This document shows positions 7,676-17,056 of a stretch of 24,598 nucleotides of DNA, in pieces (position 1 is the stretch's first letter; every line of letters begins with the position of its first letter). The notes beneath the pieces were generated by a model that was given only the letters and a program-made list of their open reading frames with translations, was not told the origin of the DNA and made no database searches. Source of the stretch: a virus (taxonomy: Duplodnaviria; Caudoviricetes). The position numbers and the translations under genes were made by a program. The stretch covers positions 1-24,598 of IMG/VR virus record IMGVR_UViG_3300025267_000112. The stretch is one strand, 5' to 3'.

Positions 7676-8620
7676 ATGGCCGTACCGATGACAGCGGGAA
7701 GCCATCCAGATCTGCTGGATACCCGTTTCAGAGAAATCTTAATGCGGTGGACTGAGCCACCTGACGCGATGTTGCCGGAATTCTATACGGTGAAGACCAC
7801 CACGAAGGCGGATGAGCGGCAGTCGCAGATGGAGCCGTTTGGTCGTCCGAGTGAGTTTGGCACCACCAGCAACCAGTCAATCACGTATCAGTCCCAGTCA
7901 CAGGGATACGATGTGATTGCCACCCCCCGTGAGTTCGCGGGCGGTTTCCAGATCCAGCGGAAGCTGATGCGGGACGATCAATATGGTGCTATCGAGCGTT
8001 TGCCGACTCTTCTCAGGGATTCCTTCCAGGATCTCGAAGAGCATAACGCTTCTCGGGTCTTCCGGCTTGCGTTCCAGTCGGACTCGTATTTTTACAGCCA
8101 GTCCGAGGCTGTTGCGCTTTGCTCGAACTCCCACACGACCAACAGTGGGACCAGCACCACGACGGGATTCGACAATCTGGTCACGACTGCTCTTTCTGCC
8201 GTGAACCTTATTACCATGCGAATCCTGATGTCGAAGTTCAGGAATCCAGCCTCGCTACGGATGGGCGGAATCAATCCCGATACCATCCTGATTCCGCCCG
8301 ATCTTTATGCAACCGCATATGAGATCATTGCGGCGGCGGGGAAGGTTGACACCTCGAACAACAATCCCAACGTCCATCAGGGCCAGTATCGGCTCCTCCA
8401 GTGGGATTACCTGACGGGTGACGACAACAGCGAGACGAACAACTACTTCCTGATCGATTCTCGCCGGATGAAACAAGCCCTGACGTGGTGGAACCGCGAG
8501 TCGTTCGAGATGGAAATGTTCAACGACTTCGACACGATGGTCATGAAGGAACGCGGGTACGTCAGGTACGGTTGTGACTTCAATGACTGGAGATGGGTTG
8601 TTGGCGCACAGGTGTCATAA
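7676..8620 (+). CDS. Major capsid protein (HK97 fold, Mu gpT-like family)
   Basis: 314 aa with AGGAAGGAGA Shine-Dalgarno. Motifs IQRKLMRDDQYG, PDTILIPPDL, NNYFLIDS and DFDT...RYGCDFNDWRWVVG are typical of gpT-like capsid proteins. Confidence 0.88.
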   Translation: MAVPMTAGSHPDLLDTRFREILMRWTEPPDAMLPEFYTVKTTTKADERQSQMEPFGRPSEFGTTSNQSITYQSQSQGYDVIATPREFAGGFQIQRKLMRDDQYGAIERLPTLLRDSFQDLEEHNASRVFRLAFQSDSYFYSQSEAVALCSNSHTTNSGTSTTTGFDNLVTTALSAVNLITMRILMSKFRNPASLRMGGINPDTILIPPDLYATAYEIIAAAGKVDTSNNNPNVHQGQYRLLQWDYLTGDDNSETNNYFLIDSRRMKQALTWWNRESFEMEMFNDFDTMVMKERGYVRYGCDFNDWRWVVGAQVS

Positions 8621-8630
8621 GGAGAGAGCC

Positions 8631-9023
8631 ATGAAGCGAAAATTGTTCCTGGCGTTGGCTCTCCTGGCCGCATGGCTGGTATTGCCAACGATTGTATCAG
8701 CCGAGTGGACGTGCTTTTACCCGCCCGGAACCGGAACCGTCTGCTTCGGAAAATCGGTAGACTCAACTCCGATCCCGTACAAGATGGTCGAGGTGCCCCG
8801 TGCTGGGTCGAACAACTCTGGACTTGGTAGCGGAACGTATGATCGCTACTATTTCTGGCTCGGCCAAACACCCCCGCTGAACGGGGTCTTGCTTGTATCG
8901 CATCACGCAACGGTGGAATCTGGACTGGGTGCGGACGCGATCCGGCAAGGAAATGTGACGCTGGATGATTCCAAGGGAGTGGCGTGCATAACGGCTCAAG
9001 GGTGCCCGAACGATATTCCATAG
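8631..9023 (+). CDS. Exported protein with Sec signal peptide and 4 Cys (130 aa)
   Basis: TAAGGAGAGA Shine-Dalgarno. MKRK n-region, LFLALALLAAWLVL h-region and V-S-A cleavage site; the mature part is beta-rich. Confidence 0.78.
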   Translation: MKRKLFLALALLAAWLVLPTIVSAEWTCFYPPGTGTVCFGKSVDSTPIPYKMVEVPRAGSNNSGLGSGTYDRYYFWLGQTPPLNGVLLVSHHATVESGLGADAIRQGNVTLDDSKGVACITAQGCPNDIP

Positions 9024-10264
9024 TCAGCTATCTTTTGCATACGACAAAAGATGCGTGGACTTGTGTGGTTGTCGGGATACTCCTTATAGGGGTTCACTTC
9101 CTGGTCTGGTGGGGAGTCCTGCCGCAAGAAGGCAGGACTCCCCAGGAATCAGTTGGACTAATTACCTTTCTTGGCGTAAGGGGGCCAAGAGAGGTGTGGA
9201 CGCTCACACTCATTCTGGTGGGATTTGGAGCATGGGTTGCGACAAAAAGTCTGTGGGCGGGTGCGCTGATCGCATGGATATCACTCATGTCAGCCTACCA
9301 GATCCTATGGGTCGGTCGCCCGTTCGTTTTTATCTTCTACGATACATTCTACGCAGTAGCACTGATATCCTTCTTCGTGTTTTCAAAAAGACTCCATGCA
9401 GAGATGATGGCAAGGGTTCTTCTGTTCATCGCGCTTATCAACGTGTTTTGGCTTCCACTGCAACACTGGGAAATTGACCCGATATGGCATCAGATTCGAC
9501 CGGAAGAACTGAAACACAACTGGAGGTTCACGGGTTGGCTGGACAACAACACGAATCTTGTTCACTACCTGGCGATGACAATTCCGCTTGCATCGGTTCT
9601 GTCATGGTGGCTGGTGATCCCGCTGGCGATCCCGGTCCTGTTGGCTACAAAGACCCTTCCGATAGTGGCTGGAATCATCGGCGTGATCGTTGCGAAGCGT
9701 TGGTGGGCGAAGAGGTTTCGCCCAATAGTTCTCGCCCTGTTCGGACTCGCGGCTCTTTACATCGGGATACTGGACCCCCCGAGGTTCTCTGGGGACGGAG
9801 TGCGTTTGGCAGTCTTCAGGGATTCCCTGAAAGTTCAGGCGCAGTGCCCAAACGGTTTGGTTTTCGGGTGTGGGCCGGGAAGTTTCAAGCAGGTCTTCGT
9901 CCGGTGGTTGATCAAAACCGACCACAATCTCGGAACGGCATCAGTTCGGAATCGACAAACAGGGAAACACGTTCAGCAGAAGAGGTTCCCTACCCATACG
10001 GAAATATACCATCACCCATCCAGTGAACTGCTGAAAGCCGTATTTGAACTGGGGTGGCCGGTTCTATTTATCATAACTGGATGGCTCATGTGGATGTGCC
10101 GGAAGATTGCCAGAAAGAAGTCGGAGAAATGGACAAATGCTTACATGGGAGCCTCGGTGGTTTTCATGGTCACAATGCTCGGGTATCAACCGTTTGCGGT
10201 GGCTCCGCTGGCGGTATCGGGTTTAATGGTTCTTGGAATTCTCGAAGGGAGGATTGGTAAATGA
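8984..10264 (+). CDS. O-antigen ligase / O-oligosaccharyltransferase-like polytopic membrane protein (Wzy_C/WaaL-like)
   Basis: Roughly 10-12 hydrophobic segments with ordered family motifs LQ, GWLDNNTN, RLAVFRDSL, FGCGPGSF and HHPSSELLKAVFELG. Start uncertain (GTG 8984 or 9002). Confidence 0.78.
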   Translation: MHNGSRVPERYSIVSYLLHTTKDAWTCVVVGILLIGVHFLVWWGVLPQEGRTPQESVGLITFLGVRGPREVWTLTLILVGFGAWVATKSLWAGALIAWISLMSAYQILWVGRPFVFIFYDTFYAVALISFFVFSKRLHAEMMARVLLFIALINVFWLPLQHWEIDPIWHQIRPEELKHNWRFTGWLDNNTNLVHYLAMTIPLASVLSWWLVIPLAIPVLLATKTLPIVAGIIGVIVAKRWWAKRFRPIVLALFGLAALYIGILDPPRFSGDGVRLAVFRDSLKVQAQCPNGLVFGCGPGSFKQVFVRWLIKTDHNLGTASVRNRQTGKHVQQKRFPTHTEIYHHPSSELLKAVFELGWPVLFIITGWLMWMCRKIARKKSEKWTNAYMGASVVFMVTMLGYQPFAVAPLAVSGLMVLGILEGRIGK

Positions 10265-11199
10265 GTACGGAAACAATCAAGAAACGGGGAAAAAGGGGAC
10301 GGGCAATGTCTCCAGAACAGAAAGACAAGATTGCGGAAGGGATCAGAACCGTTTCTGCAAAGCATGAAGCCCAGACAAGGGCGCAACAACAAGCAGACCA
10401 TATTTCCGGTGAAGTCATGACCGTGGAAGCCCCGATGCCGGTTCGATCTGCATTGGCCGACGTTCATGTTCCACAGGATGTTGAGCCAAAAAGCGCACCT
10501 CTCAGCCCTCAATACCTGAAGGAACTGGAGTCTGAGAAAACCCAGCTCGAAGGTTCCTTGTTGGGTGAGAGCGGGATGAAGATAAAGAACCAGTCGGATT
10601 TACAGGGACTTCCGGCTGGTGTCTTTGATTCGGCCCCGGAATTTGCCGCCAAGATTGATGAGGCTTCCGCTCGGAACCGGATTACGGAGATTGACAAGAT
10701 AATTTCCGATGCCACGACCGTTGCGACATCTCCCACCCGAAGGGACTCCCTCAATCAAGAACTGAAACATCTTGAAAAGGAAGTGTCCGAGGGAATGTTG
10801 CATCAGAACGATTACTTCCTGCCTGACAGCAAATCCAAGAACGGGGTTCTTTTGCAAAACCACGGCCAGTACAACCTGGACTGGCACGAACACAACAGTT
10901 CGAGGATTTCACGCATCAAGCATTTGCGGCAGACCTTGGACCCGGAACGCTATCAGACGGACTCGACGTATCGGTCCATAGAGACCATCAGGCCGGGTGC
11001 GCCCGCGCTAAAGCGGTTCGAGCCGTCCTCGGCCAGCGTGATGATTCAGGGTTGGGAAGACCCCGGCCTTTCCGACACAGAAAAAGCTATCAGGATGTTC
11101 AAGAATCTTGACCCCGAGAAGATCGCCGAAGAGCAGGGGACCACGGTGGAAGAGGTTCTTCGTATTCAGGGGAAACTCTCAGAACCCGCTTCGGCATAA
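10261..11199 (+). CDS. Hypothetical protein (312 aa, helical, charged)
   Basis: GGGAGG Shine-Dalgarno and 4-nt overlap with the upstream gene; no recognised motif. Confidence 0.75.
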   Translation: MSTETIKKRGKRGRAMSPEQKDKIAEGIRTVSAKHEAQTRAQQQADHISGEVMTVEAPMPVRSALADVHVPQDVEPKSAPLSPQYLKELESEKTQLEGSLLGESGMKIKNQSDLQGLPAGVFDSAPEFAAKIDEASARNRITEIDKIISDATTVATSPTRRDSLNQELKHLEKEVSEGMLHQNDYFLPDSKSKNGVLLQNHGQYNLDWHEHNSSRISRIKHLRQTLDPERYQTDSTYRSIETIRPGAPALKRFEPSSASVMIQGWEDPGLSDTEKAIRMFKNLDPEKIAEEQGTTVEEVLRIQGKLSEPASA

Positions 11200-11211
11200 C
11201 GGAGATGGTTT

Positions 11212-12345
11212 GTGCTTCTTAGAACTATCCTGACAAGAGTTATCGAGCAAATAGACAATCGGGTTAGTTCCTCGTTCAACACGGCGATTGAGATCAAGGC
11301 CCTTGAGGCCATTAACCGCCGATATAAGGAACTGAATTACCTGACGGGGAACAGGCGTGGTCTCCCGTGGATGTCAAAACGGTACACGTTCCTGACTACC
11401 GCTCCCTATAACACGGGTACGGTCACGGCAACGAATGCCTCGCGCACGATTGCGGGGTCAGGAACGACATTCACCTCGGCGATGGTTGGGCGTAAGTTCA
11501 AGCTGGCTTCGGACCAATCTATTTACATCATTACGCGGTTCGTCTCTACGACTTCCATTCAGATAGATCGGGCATTTCAGGGAACTACGGCTGGCACCCT
11601 GAACTACGACATCTTTGAAGATCAGTACGACATGCCAGCCGACTTCCACGCAGATATCATCATGTCAAACCCGAATTCAAGCGGTGGGCTTGAGAAGGAG
11701 GGGGTCTGGGATTTGACGAACGAGTTCCCGAACAATTCCTCGTTTGGAACCCCGCAACGATACACGATTGAAAGTTTCAAGTCTCGCGAGGGGGCGGTGA
11801 CAACGCTCACGGGAACCATCACATTCAACGATGCCTCCAGAAGCGTGACGGGTTCTGGATCGAGCTTTACGACGGAACTTGTTCCCGGCGACATGATTCG
11901 CCACGTTGTAACCTTTGTCTCGGGGACAGAAGCCGGAACGCTCTGGCGGGAAGTAGACTCTATTGCCTCGGACACTGCGCTGACACTGAAACAGGCGTGG
12001 AACGGAACGACGGGGACCAGCACAACCTCTCAACGCCAGGACGGGTGGTTGCGGGTGAGGCTCCATCCGATTCCAGACGACGAGATTCTTCACACACTGA
12101 AATATATCCGGCAGTTACCGGATCTGGCGGACATGACAAATATCCCGGAAATGCCGGACCTCTACCATCCGGCTATCATCGACGGGGCATTGATTGATAT
12201 GTATGCCGACCAAAGTGATCGACAGCGAGTCATAGCCCGCGCTGATTTTGAACGCTGGAAAGAACAACTGCGAAAAGATTACAGCCTTGGCACGCAGACG
12301 GTGAGATTGATTCCTGCGCTAACCAACCCAAGGGTAGGCGTCTGA
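11212..12345 (+). CDS. Putative head-tail adaptor (tail tubular protein A-like) with two inserted beta domains
   Basis: Helical N-terminus (LEAINRRYKEL), QYDMPADF, GTPQRY, LHPIPD and PEMPDLYHPAIIDGAL motifs of podovirus adaptors; duplicated TGT.T...ASR...GSG..FT domain. Confidence 0.75.
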   Translation: MLLRTILTRVIEQIDNRVSSSFNTAIEIKALEAINRRYKELNYLTGNRRGLPWMSKRYTFLTTAPYNTGTVTATNASRTIAGSGTTFTSAMVGRKFKLASDQSIYIITRFVSTTSIQIDRAFQGTTAGTLNYDIFEDQYDMPADFHADIIMSNPNSSGGLEKEGVWDLTNEFPNNSSFGTPQRYTIESFKSREGAVTTLTGTITFNDASRSVTGSGSSFTTELVPGDMIRHVVTFVSGTEAGTLWREVDSIASDTALTLKQAWNGTTGTSTTSQRQDGWLRVRLHPIPDDEILHTLKYIRQLPDLADMTNIPEMPDLYHPAIIDGALIDMYADQSDRQRVIARADFERWKEQLRKDYSLGTQTVRLIPALTNPRVGV

Positions 12346-12346
12346 A

Positions 12347-13006
12347 ATGCCGTATTTCGATGAAGAGGACTTTGAGTTTTACAATGCATTGGATCGGCTC
12401 CCGCCACCCGTTCCGCAGGGACCGGGGCCGGGGGGGGACGCTTTGAGTGCGGTGTTTGAAGATCCCTATGTTCAAGAACCCTGGAGAGGCATAGGTAGGC
12501 GTATGGAGGAAAATGTTCCAGAGGATGCGCCTTGGTCTGGATCGGTCTTGGGCCGAGCAGGATCGACATTTGGTAAATGGGCTTCTGGGAGGTTGCCCCA
12601 AGCCCCGAGTGAGATCCCATCCATTAAGTTCGGGAGGCGTCCTCCCGACCAGCCCAGGAGTCCCCAGGCGAGTCGGCGTATTTCGGTTAAGTCGGTGGGT
12701 GGATCTGGTAGCAAAGGCCCTCAGACAAGAAATCAGCCGTGGACCGAGTATGGTCTCCCAGAGTCGGAGGATGCTATTCGTAAAGGTATGGCGCAGGCAA
12801 AACGAAAAGACGCCAAGGATTATCGAATATATCAGAAGAGGATGAAGGAAATTAAAAGAAAAGAAAGAGAGAATTTCCGGAAACGGGAGGCCTACCTCAA
12901 GAAGTTGCGTAAATATGAACAAGCGTTGCGTAAACGCTTGCGTAAACTTCTATCCAAACCGATAAGAAACGAGTGGGGCGATATTTTGGGTGAGGGGCCT
13001 TTTTAA
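12347..13006 (+). CDS. Hypothetical protein: acidic/Pro-rich N-terminus, very basic helical C-terminus
   Basis: Fills the gap between adaptor and tail tube genes; ATG one base after the previous stop. Confidence 0.68.
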   Translation: MPYFDEEDFEFYNALDRLPPPVPQGPGPGGDALSAVFEDPYVQEPWRGIGRRMEENVPEDAPWSGSVLGRAGSTFGKWASGRLPQAPSEIPSIKFGRRPPDQPRSPQASRRISVKSVGGSGSKGPQTRNQPWTEYGLPESEDAIRKGMAQAKRKDAKDYRIYQKRMKEIKRKERENFRKREAYLKKLRKYEQALRKRLRKLLSKPIRNEWGDILGEGPF

Positions 13007-13020
13007 GGGTAGGTGCTTGA

Positions 13021-14634
13021 ATGGCACAGAAATTCACACAACCTGTCACGATCACCCTGAACCAGCCGATCCGCCCTCCGTTCGGCGCGGAAAGGCGTGT
13101 TCCTTTGCAGAACATGGTGGTGACCCGTGATGGAGGCCGCAAACAGCGGGGTGGTCAAGATCGTCACATGAGCAATGCGATCACAGATGCGACAGTCGTG
13201 AATGGTGTCCACGACTTCCAACTGGGCGATACGCAGAAACTTATTGTTTCTGCTGGCGGGAAGATTCTCAAAGAAGACAATTTTGACGGAGCCTTCGATG
13301 ATATTACGCAAGCGGGACTGGCATGGAGTTCAACTGCCCCTACGTCCACGATTGTAATGAATTCTATTATTGGCATCTGGAATCGTAACGGGGATGATGC
13401 CCAGAAGTGGAACCAGACAGACGTGACGACCTCCGATCTCGGTGCTACAAACGCAACGACGGCGGCTTTCGCCGTGGCCTATCGCGGTGTGGGCTTTGCC
13501 GCCGGGGTGGCGGCTACCATTGACACGCTTTATTATAGTGCTGTCGGGGACATTGATGGCACTTTCTCGGCACTTAATATCGGGCTTGGAGACGGACTCG
13601 GCGGAATCACCGGGTTCATCGGGCATCCGAATCCCAACGTGAACTTCGGGATTGTCTTCAAGGAACGCGGAATATACGCTCTTGATATGCCGAATATTTC
13701 ATCTGCTGGTGGCTGGACGGTAAGAGAGCTAACGGGTACGGATCTCAGGTTGGGATGCCCCAGTTTTCATACCATCAAGGCTGTTCCGGTTCCGAACGGT
13801 CCTGACGTGTGGTTTCTTGGAAACGATGGGCAGCTATATTCCCTCAACCGCCTTATCGAAACCCAGGATTTACAGCTTGCGAGCATTAGTTTTCCGTACT
13901 CGACCTCTTTCGATGAAATCAAAAAGTCCAGGCTTGAGAATACTGTGGCACAGGTGGACACAGAAGGCGAGCAATACTGCCTGTTTGCATCCGTGGATGC
14001 TACCGACAAGAACGACAGGATGTTTACAGCCAGCTACCGCGTGGGCGGGGAATTAAAGGGTAGAAAAGGCTGGTTTCCTGAGTGCCAGATCCATCCAGGG
14101 GTAGAAGCCGCCTCTGTTGGCACAGTCAAGATTAAGAACCGACAGCGAATTGTAACTGGTGGATACAATGGCTTCCTGGATCGGCAGTTCGGGTCCAACC
14201 TGACGGATTTCTCAACAGAATCCGGGGGGACGGCAATCGTGGCCCGCCTTGACATATTCAACCTTGATTTTGGAAAGCCCGAGATAAAGAAAAAGATCAA
14301 GGATATTACGGTCCATCTTCGTCCAGAGGCTGATACCGATCTGACATTTGCTTGGTCAATAGATGACAATGCGAAGCAAACGGAGTTGGTTGATCAACTT
14401 GGTGTTCATGTCCCCCTCAACACATTTCTTCTGGATACGGATCTGTTGGCCGACAAGAACATTCTCTTGATATCCAAGACCAATCTTCGGGGTGTTACGG
14501 AGGGATATGTCATATCCTTCAGTCTCAGAAAGACTGCGAAGAGCCAATCCATTGAAATATATCGGATTATCTTTGATATTGACTTCTTTGGTTCAGAGCG
14601 TCCTTGGCCCATGCAGTTGGGGGTGGCAGTTTGA
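13021..14634 (+). CDS. Putative tail tube/nozzle protein (tubular protein B / P22 gp10-like)
   Basis: 537 aa, beta-propeller-like pattern (TLYYSAVGD, IVFKERGIY, GCPSFHTI, VWFLGNDG) and C-terminal LDFGKPEIKKKIK motif; follows the adaptor. Confidence 0.75.
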   Translation: MAQKFTQPVTITLNQPIRPPFGAERRVPLQNMVVTRDGGRKQRGGQDRHMSNAITDATVVNGVHDFQLGDTQKLIVSAGGKILKEDNFDGAFDDITQAGLAWSSTAPTSTIVMNSIIGIWNRNGDDAQKWNQTDVTTSDLGATNATTAAFAVAYRGVGFAAGVAATIDTLYYSAVGDIDGTFSALNIGLGDGLGGITGFIGHPNPNVNFGIVFKERGIYALDMPNISSAGGWTVRELTGTDLRLGCPSFHTIKAVPVPNGPDVWFLGNDGQLYSLNRLIETQDLQLASISFPYSTSFDEIKKSRLENTVAQVDTEGEQYCLFASVDATDKNDRMFTASYRVGGELKGRKGWFPECQIHPGVEAASVGTVKIKNRQRIVTGGYNGFLDRQFGSNLTDFSTESGGTAIVARLDIFNLDFGKPEIKKKIKDITVHLRPEADTDLTFAWSIDDNAKQTELVDQLGVHVPLNTFLLDTDLLADKNILLISKTNLRGVTEGYVISFSLRKTAKSQSIEIYRIIFDIDFFGSERPWPMQLGVAV

Positions 14635-15128
14635 CGGATCGGTTCGCAAAAAAGGTTGCCGGGAAATGTACCTGTTGCGGTTGCGGAATAACCAAGCAAC
14701 CAGAGTTCCAGGGAGATGTACCATTTCATCCCGAATCGGTCCAGGTCTGGTTTCCATATGGCAAGGCGGAAAGCGGGGCGCAGAACCATGTATGCGTGGA
14801 TCTGTGTGGTGAGTGCGCTCCGACGCTAAAGAAGAAGGACTACAAGCAGATAGAGGAATGTCTTGTCCGTTCACTCCACGGCGGCATCGACGCATCCCGG
14901 CTGGCAGAGGTGGAGAACCTGAGAGCGGTGCTATCAACAGCGGAAAAAGACCTGTCCACGGCAGAGATTGAAAGATTCATTTCCGAGGGCCGGGTGAAAC
15001 TGGCTCGGTGGACACCGGATAAGGTCAAGGCACAAAAGGATTATTATTCAAAGGAAATAAAGATCAAGTCCGAACTTAAACGTGAACGGCATATAGATAA
15101 GGGCGCGGTTGTGGGGTCTTACATCTGA
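14631..15128 (+). CDS. Cys-rich putative Zn-binding protein
   Basis: KCTCCGC and LCGEC motifs. Probable TTG start at 14631 overlapping the upstream TGA (the track gives 14604). Confidence 0.65.
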   Translation: MTDRFAKKVAGKCTCCGCGITKQPEFQGDVPFHPESVQVWFPYGKAESGAQNHVCVDLCGECAPTLKKKDYKQIEECLVRSLHGGIDASRLAEVENLRAVLSTAEKDLSTAEIERFISEGRVKLARWTPDKVKAQKDYYSKEIKIKSELKRERHIDKGAVVGSYI

Positions 15129-15158
15129 TGCCTGTATCTCTCGCTGGGGATATATAAC

Positions 15159-16226
15159 ATGGCTGTCTCTGTAAGCAAGACTTTCACCGCAGAAGTTCTC
15201 TTTGCGAGTGAATTGAATACCAACTTCACCGACATCACTGGTGGCGGAATTGCAATTATCTCGCCGTGGACAGGGAACTGTGATGCGGATGGATTCAACC
15301 TGACGGATATGGGCAATATCATATACCGTGAGGAAGCGAAAGGGACGACAACCGCCAACCAGGGGGCTTTGTACTGCAACGTCGGCGCGATATCCTCGCT
15401 CACGGAACTCTTCTTCGGTGGGGAGAGTGACAGGGCAACCATTCCACTCACGCTTCAGGGTGGACGACAGACACAGCCCATAGTCCACCTGACGAACAAG
15501 TCGGGTGGGTCATTGGCGGCTGGTGACCTTGTGATTCAGGACACCGGCAACGACAGCGCAGTCACCACGACAACCGCAGAGGGTTCAACCGCCCAGGCAT
15601 TTGTCTGCCTTGAAACAATTTCCAATAATGCCGCTGGTTACTTCCTTGCCGGACCCGGCATCGTGACCATGACCGCCGCTGATGCCATAACTCGGGGTAA
15701 CTCTCTCAGAACGTCAGGCACGGCAAAGCGAGCCACGGATTCATCGACATTTACAACCGGCGACTTTGGTGTTGCTCTGGAGGCGGCTTCGGGTGCGGCG
15801 GAAACCTTCTCGGCCTTCTTCCGTGGAACCGACCTGGGTGGGGCCGACCCTGTTCTTCTGGCGACTGATGCGCCATCGACCCCGGCAGTGGACACCTTAT
15901 ATGCCGACACCATTGTCAAGGGATGGTGCGTAAAGGGCGGGGACACCTCGCCCAGCATCAGCGACGACGTAAATGTATCTAGCATTACGGACACGGGTGT
16001 CGGTCAGTACACCTTCGTCTGGGCAAGAGCCATGTCCAGTGCGAATTACTCAGGGGGAGGTGTTAGCACAGGAAACCCGGCTGGGGATGATAATACCTGG
16101 ACCGATGGTTTGAATAGCGGAACCAACCCAGGAAGGACAACCGGGTCTTGGATCGCCTACACCTTTGTTACTGGCATTGGTGCTGACGACTGTGACATGA
16201 TCATAATGGCGGTTGGAGACAACTGA
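15159..16226 (+). CDS. Putative tail fibre / receptor-binding protein
   Basis: N-terminal VLFASELNTNF attachment-like motif, Thr/Gly-rich body, and C-terminal KGWC...VNVSSITDTGVGQYTFVW...MSSANYS resembling phage fibre-tip domains. Confidence 0.7.
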   Translation: MAVSVSKTFTAEVLFASELNTNFTDITGGGIAIISPWTGNCDADGFNLTDMGNIIYREEAKGTTTANQGALYCNVGAISSLTELFFGGESDRATIPLTLQGGRQTQPIVHLTNKSGGSLAAGDLVIQDTGNDSAVTTTTAEGSTAQAFVCLETISNNAAGYFLAGPGIVTMTAADAITRGNSLRTSGTAKRATDSSTFTTGDFGVALEAASGAAETFSAFFRGTDLGGADPVLLATDAPSTPAVDTLYADTIVKGWCVKGGDTSPSISDDVNVSSITDTGVGQYTFVWARAMSSANYSGGGVSTGNPAGDDNTWTDGLNSGTNPGRTTGSWIAYTFVTGIGADDCDMIIMAVGDN

Positions 16227-17056
16227 TGCGGACCAAGTTAAAGGTCTTGGAGAAGCCGGATGGGTTCGTGGCGATCCTTGTGCCAAACCCAAGGTTTAGG
16301 CTTTGGAAAGGAACTCCGAACTCGCTCAGGGAACTCACGTTTGAGCGACTGGAGCCTGACGAGAACGGGATCGAGCGGATGGTCGAGGTCAAAAAGCATG
16401 AGATCACGATGGTCTGGCCCGAAGCGGTTCGGAGGGGGCTAACGCTTGAAGAATATATGAAACGCGGGTTCACGCTTCCGAAAGAGACTTACCTTGAAAT
16501 TCGCCCGAACTTACCCAACGATATGCACCCGCTGGTCCGAGATGACATTATCTTCCGCCAGATTAGCGAGAGATTCGATCCAGCAGAGAGCGATGATGAT
16601 CACGTAGACCGGGAATGGGCGAAGATTGATCGCAGAAAGGATGCCAACCATGCCGGGTTCATCGGGAAATGGAACCTCTATCCCGAGGATCAGCCGTGGT
16701 GGTTTGAAAGGAAGGGTTTCAGGCCACTCAGGTACTTCAGGCGGAACGCATACCGGCAAAACGAGAAGAAAAAAGTCTTGTGGGATGACAAGCGGGTCAC
16801 GACCCAAATGGAAGTCTCGGAAATGCTCAGGTGGTATGAGTTGCCGCCAAGGGGGAATTACACCGAAAACGGAATTTCGGAAATGGTGATGAGGTGGCGC
16901 AAGGAAGCGGCTCCTCAGTGTTCCGCGTTTGTTCCTCCGAAGAACGCTTTACCTCCACCGATGCCAAGGAAGCCCGTAAACCATGACGATCCAGCGGTTC
17001 CAACGATGAAAGGATTCGAGAATGTCCGGCAAATGCGCCGTCTATGCAAAGCCTGA
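16226..17056 (+). CDS. Hypothetical protein, possible fibre assembly factor
   Basis: TGATG coupling to the fibre gene; N-terminal KPDGFVAILVP and a later RYFRRNAY segment. Confidence 0.62.
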   Translation: MRTKLKVLEKPDGFVAILVPNPRFRLWKGTPNSLRELTFERLEPDENGIERMVEVKKHEITMVWPEAVRRGLTLEEYMKRGFTLPKETYLEIRPNLPNDMHPLVRDDIIFRQISERFDPAESDDDHVDREWAKIDRRKDANHAGFIGKWNLYPEDQPWWFERKGFRPLRYFRRNAYRQNEKKKVLWDDKRVTTQMEVSEMLRWYELPPRGNYTENGISEMVMRWRKEAAPQCSAFVPPKNALPPPMPRKPVNHDDPAVPTMKGFENVRQMRRLCKA

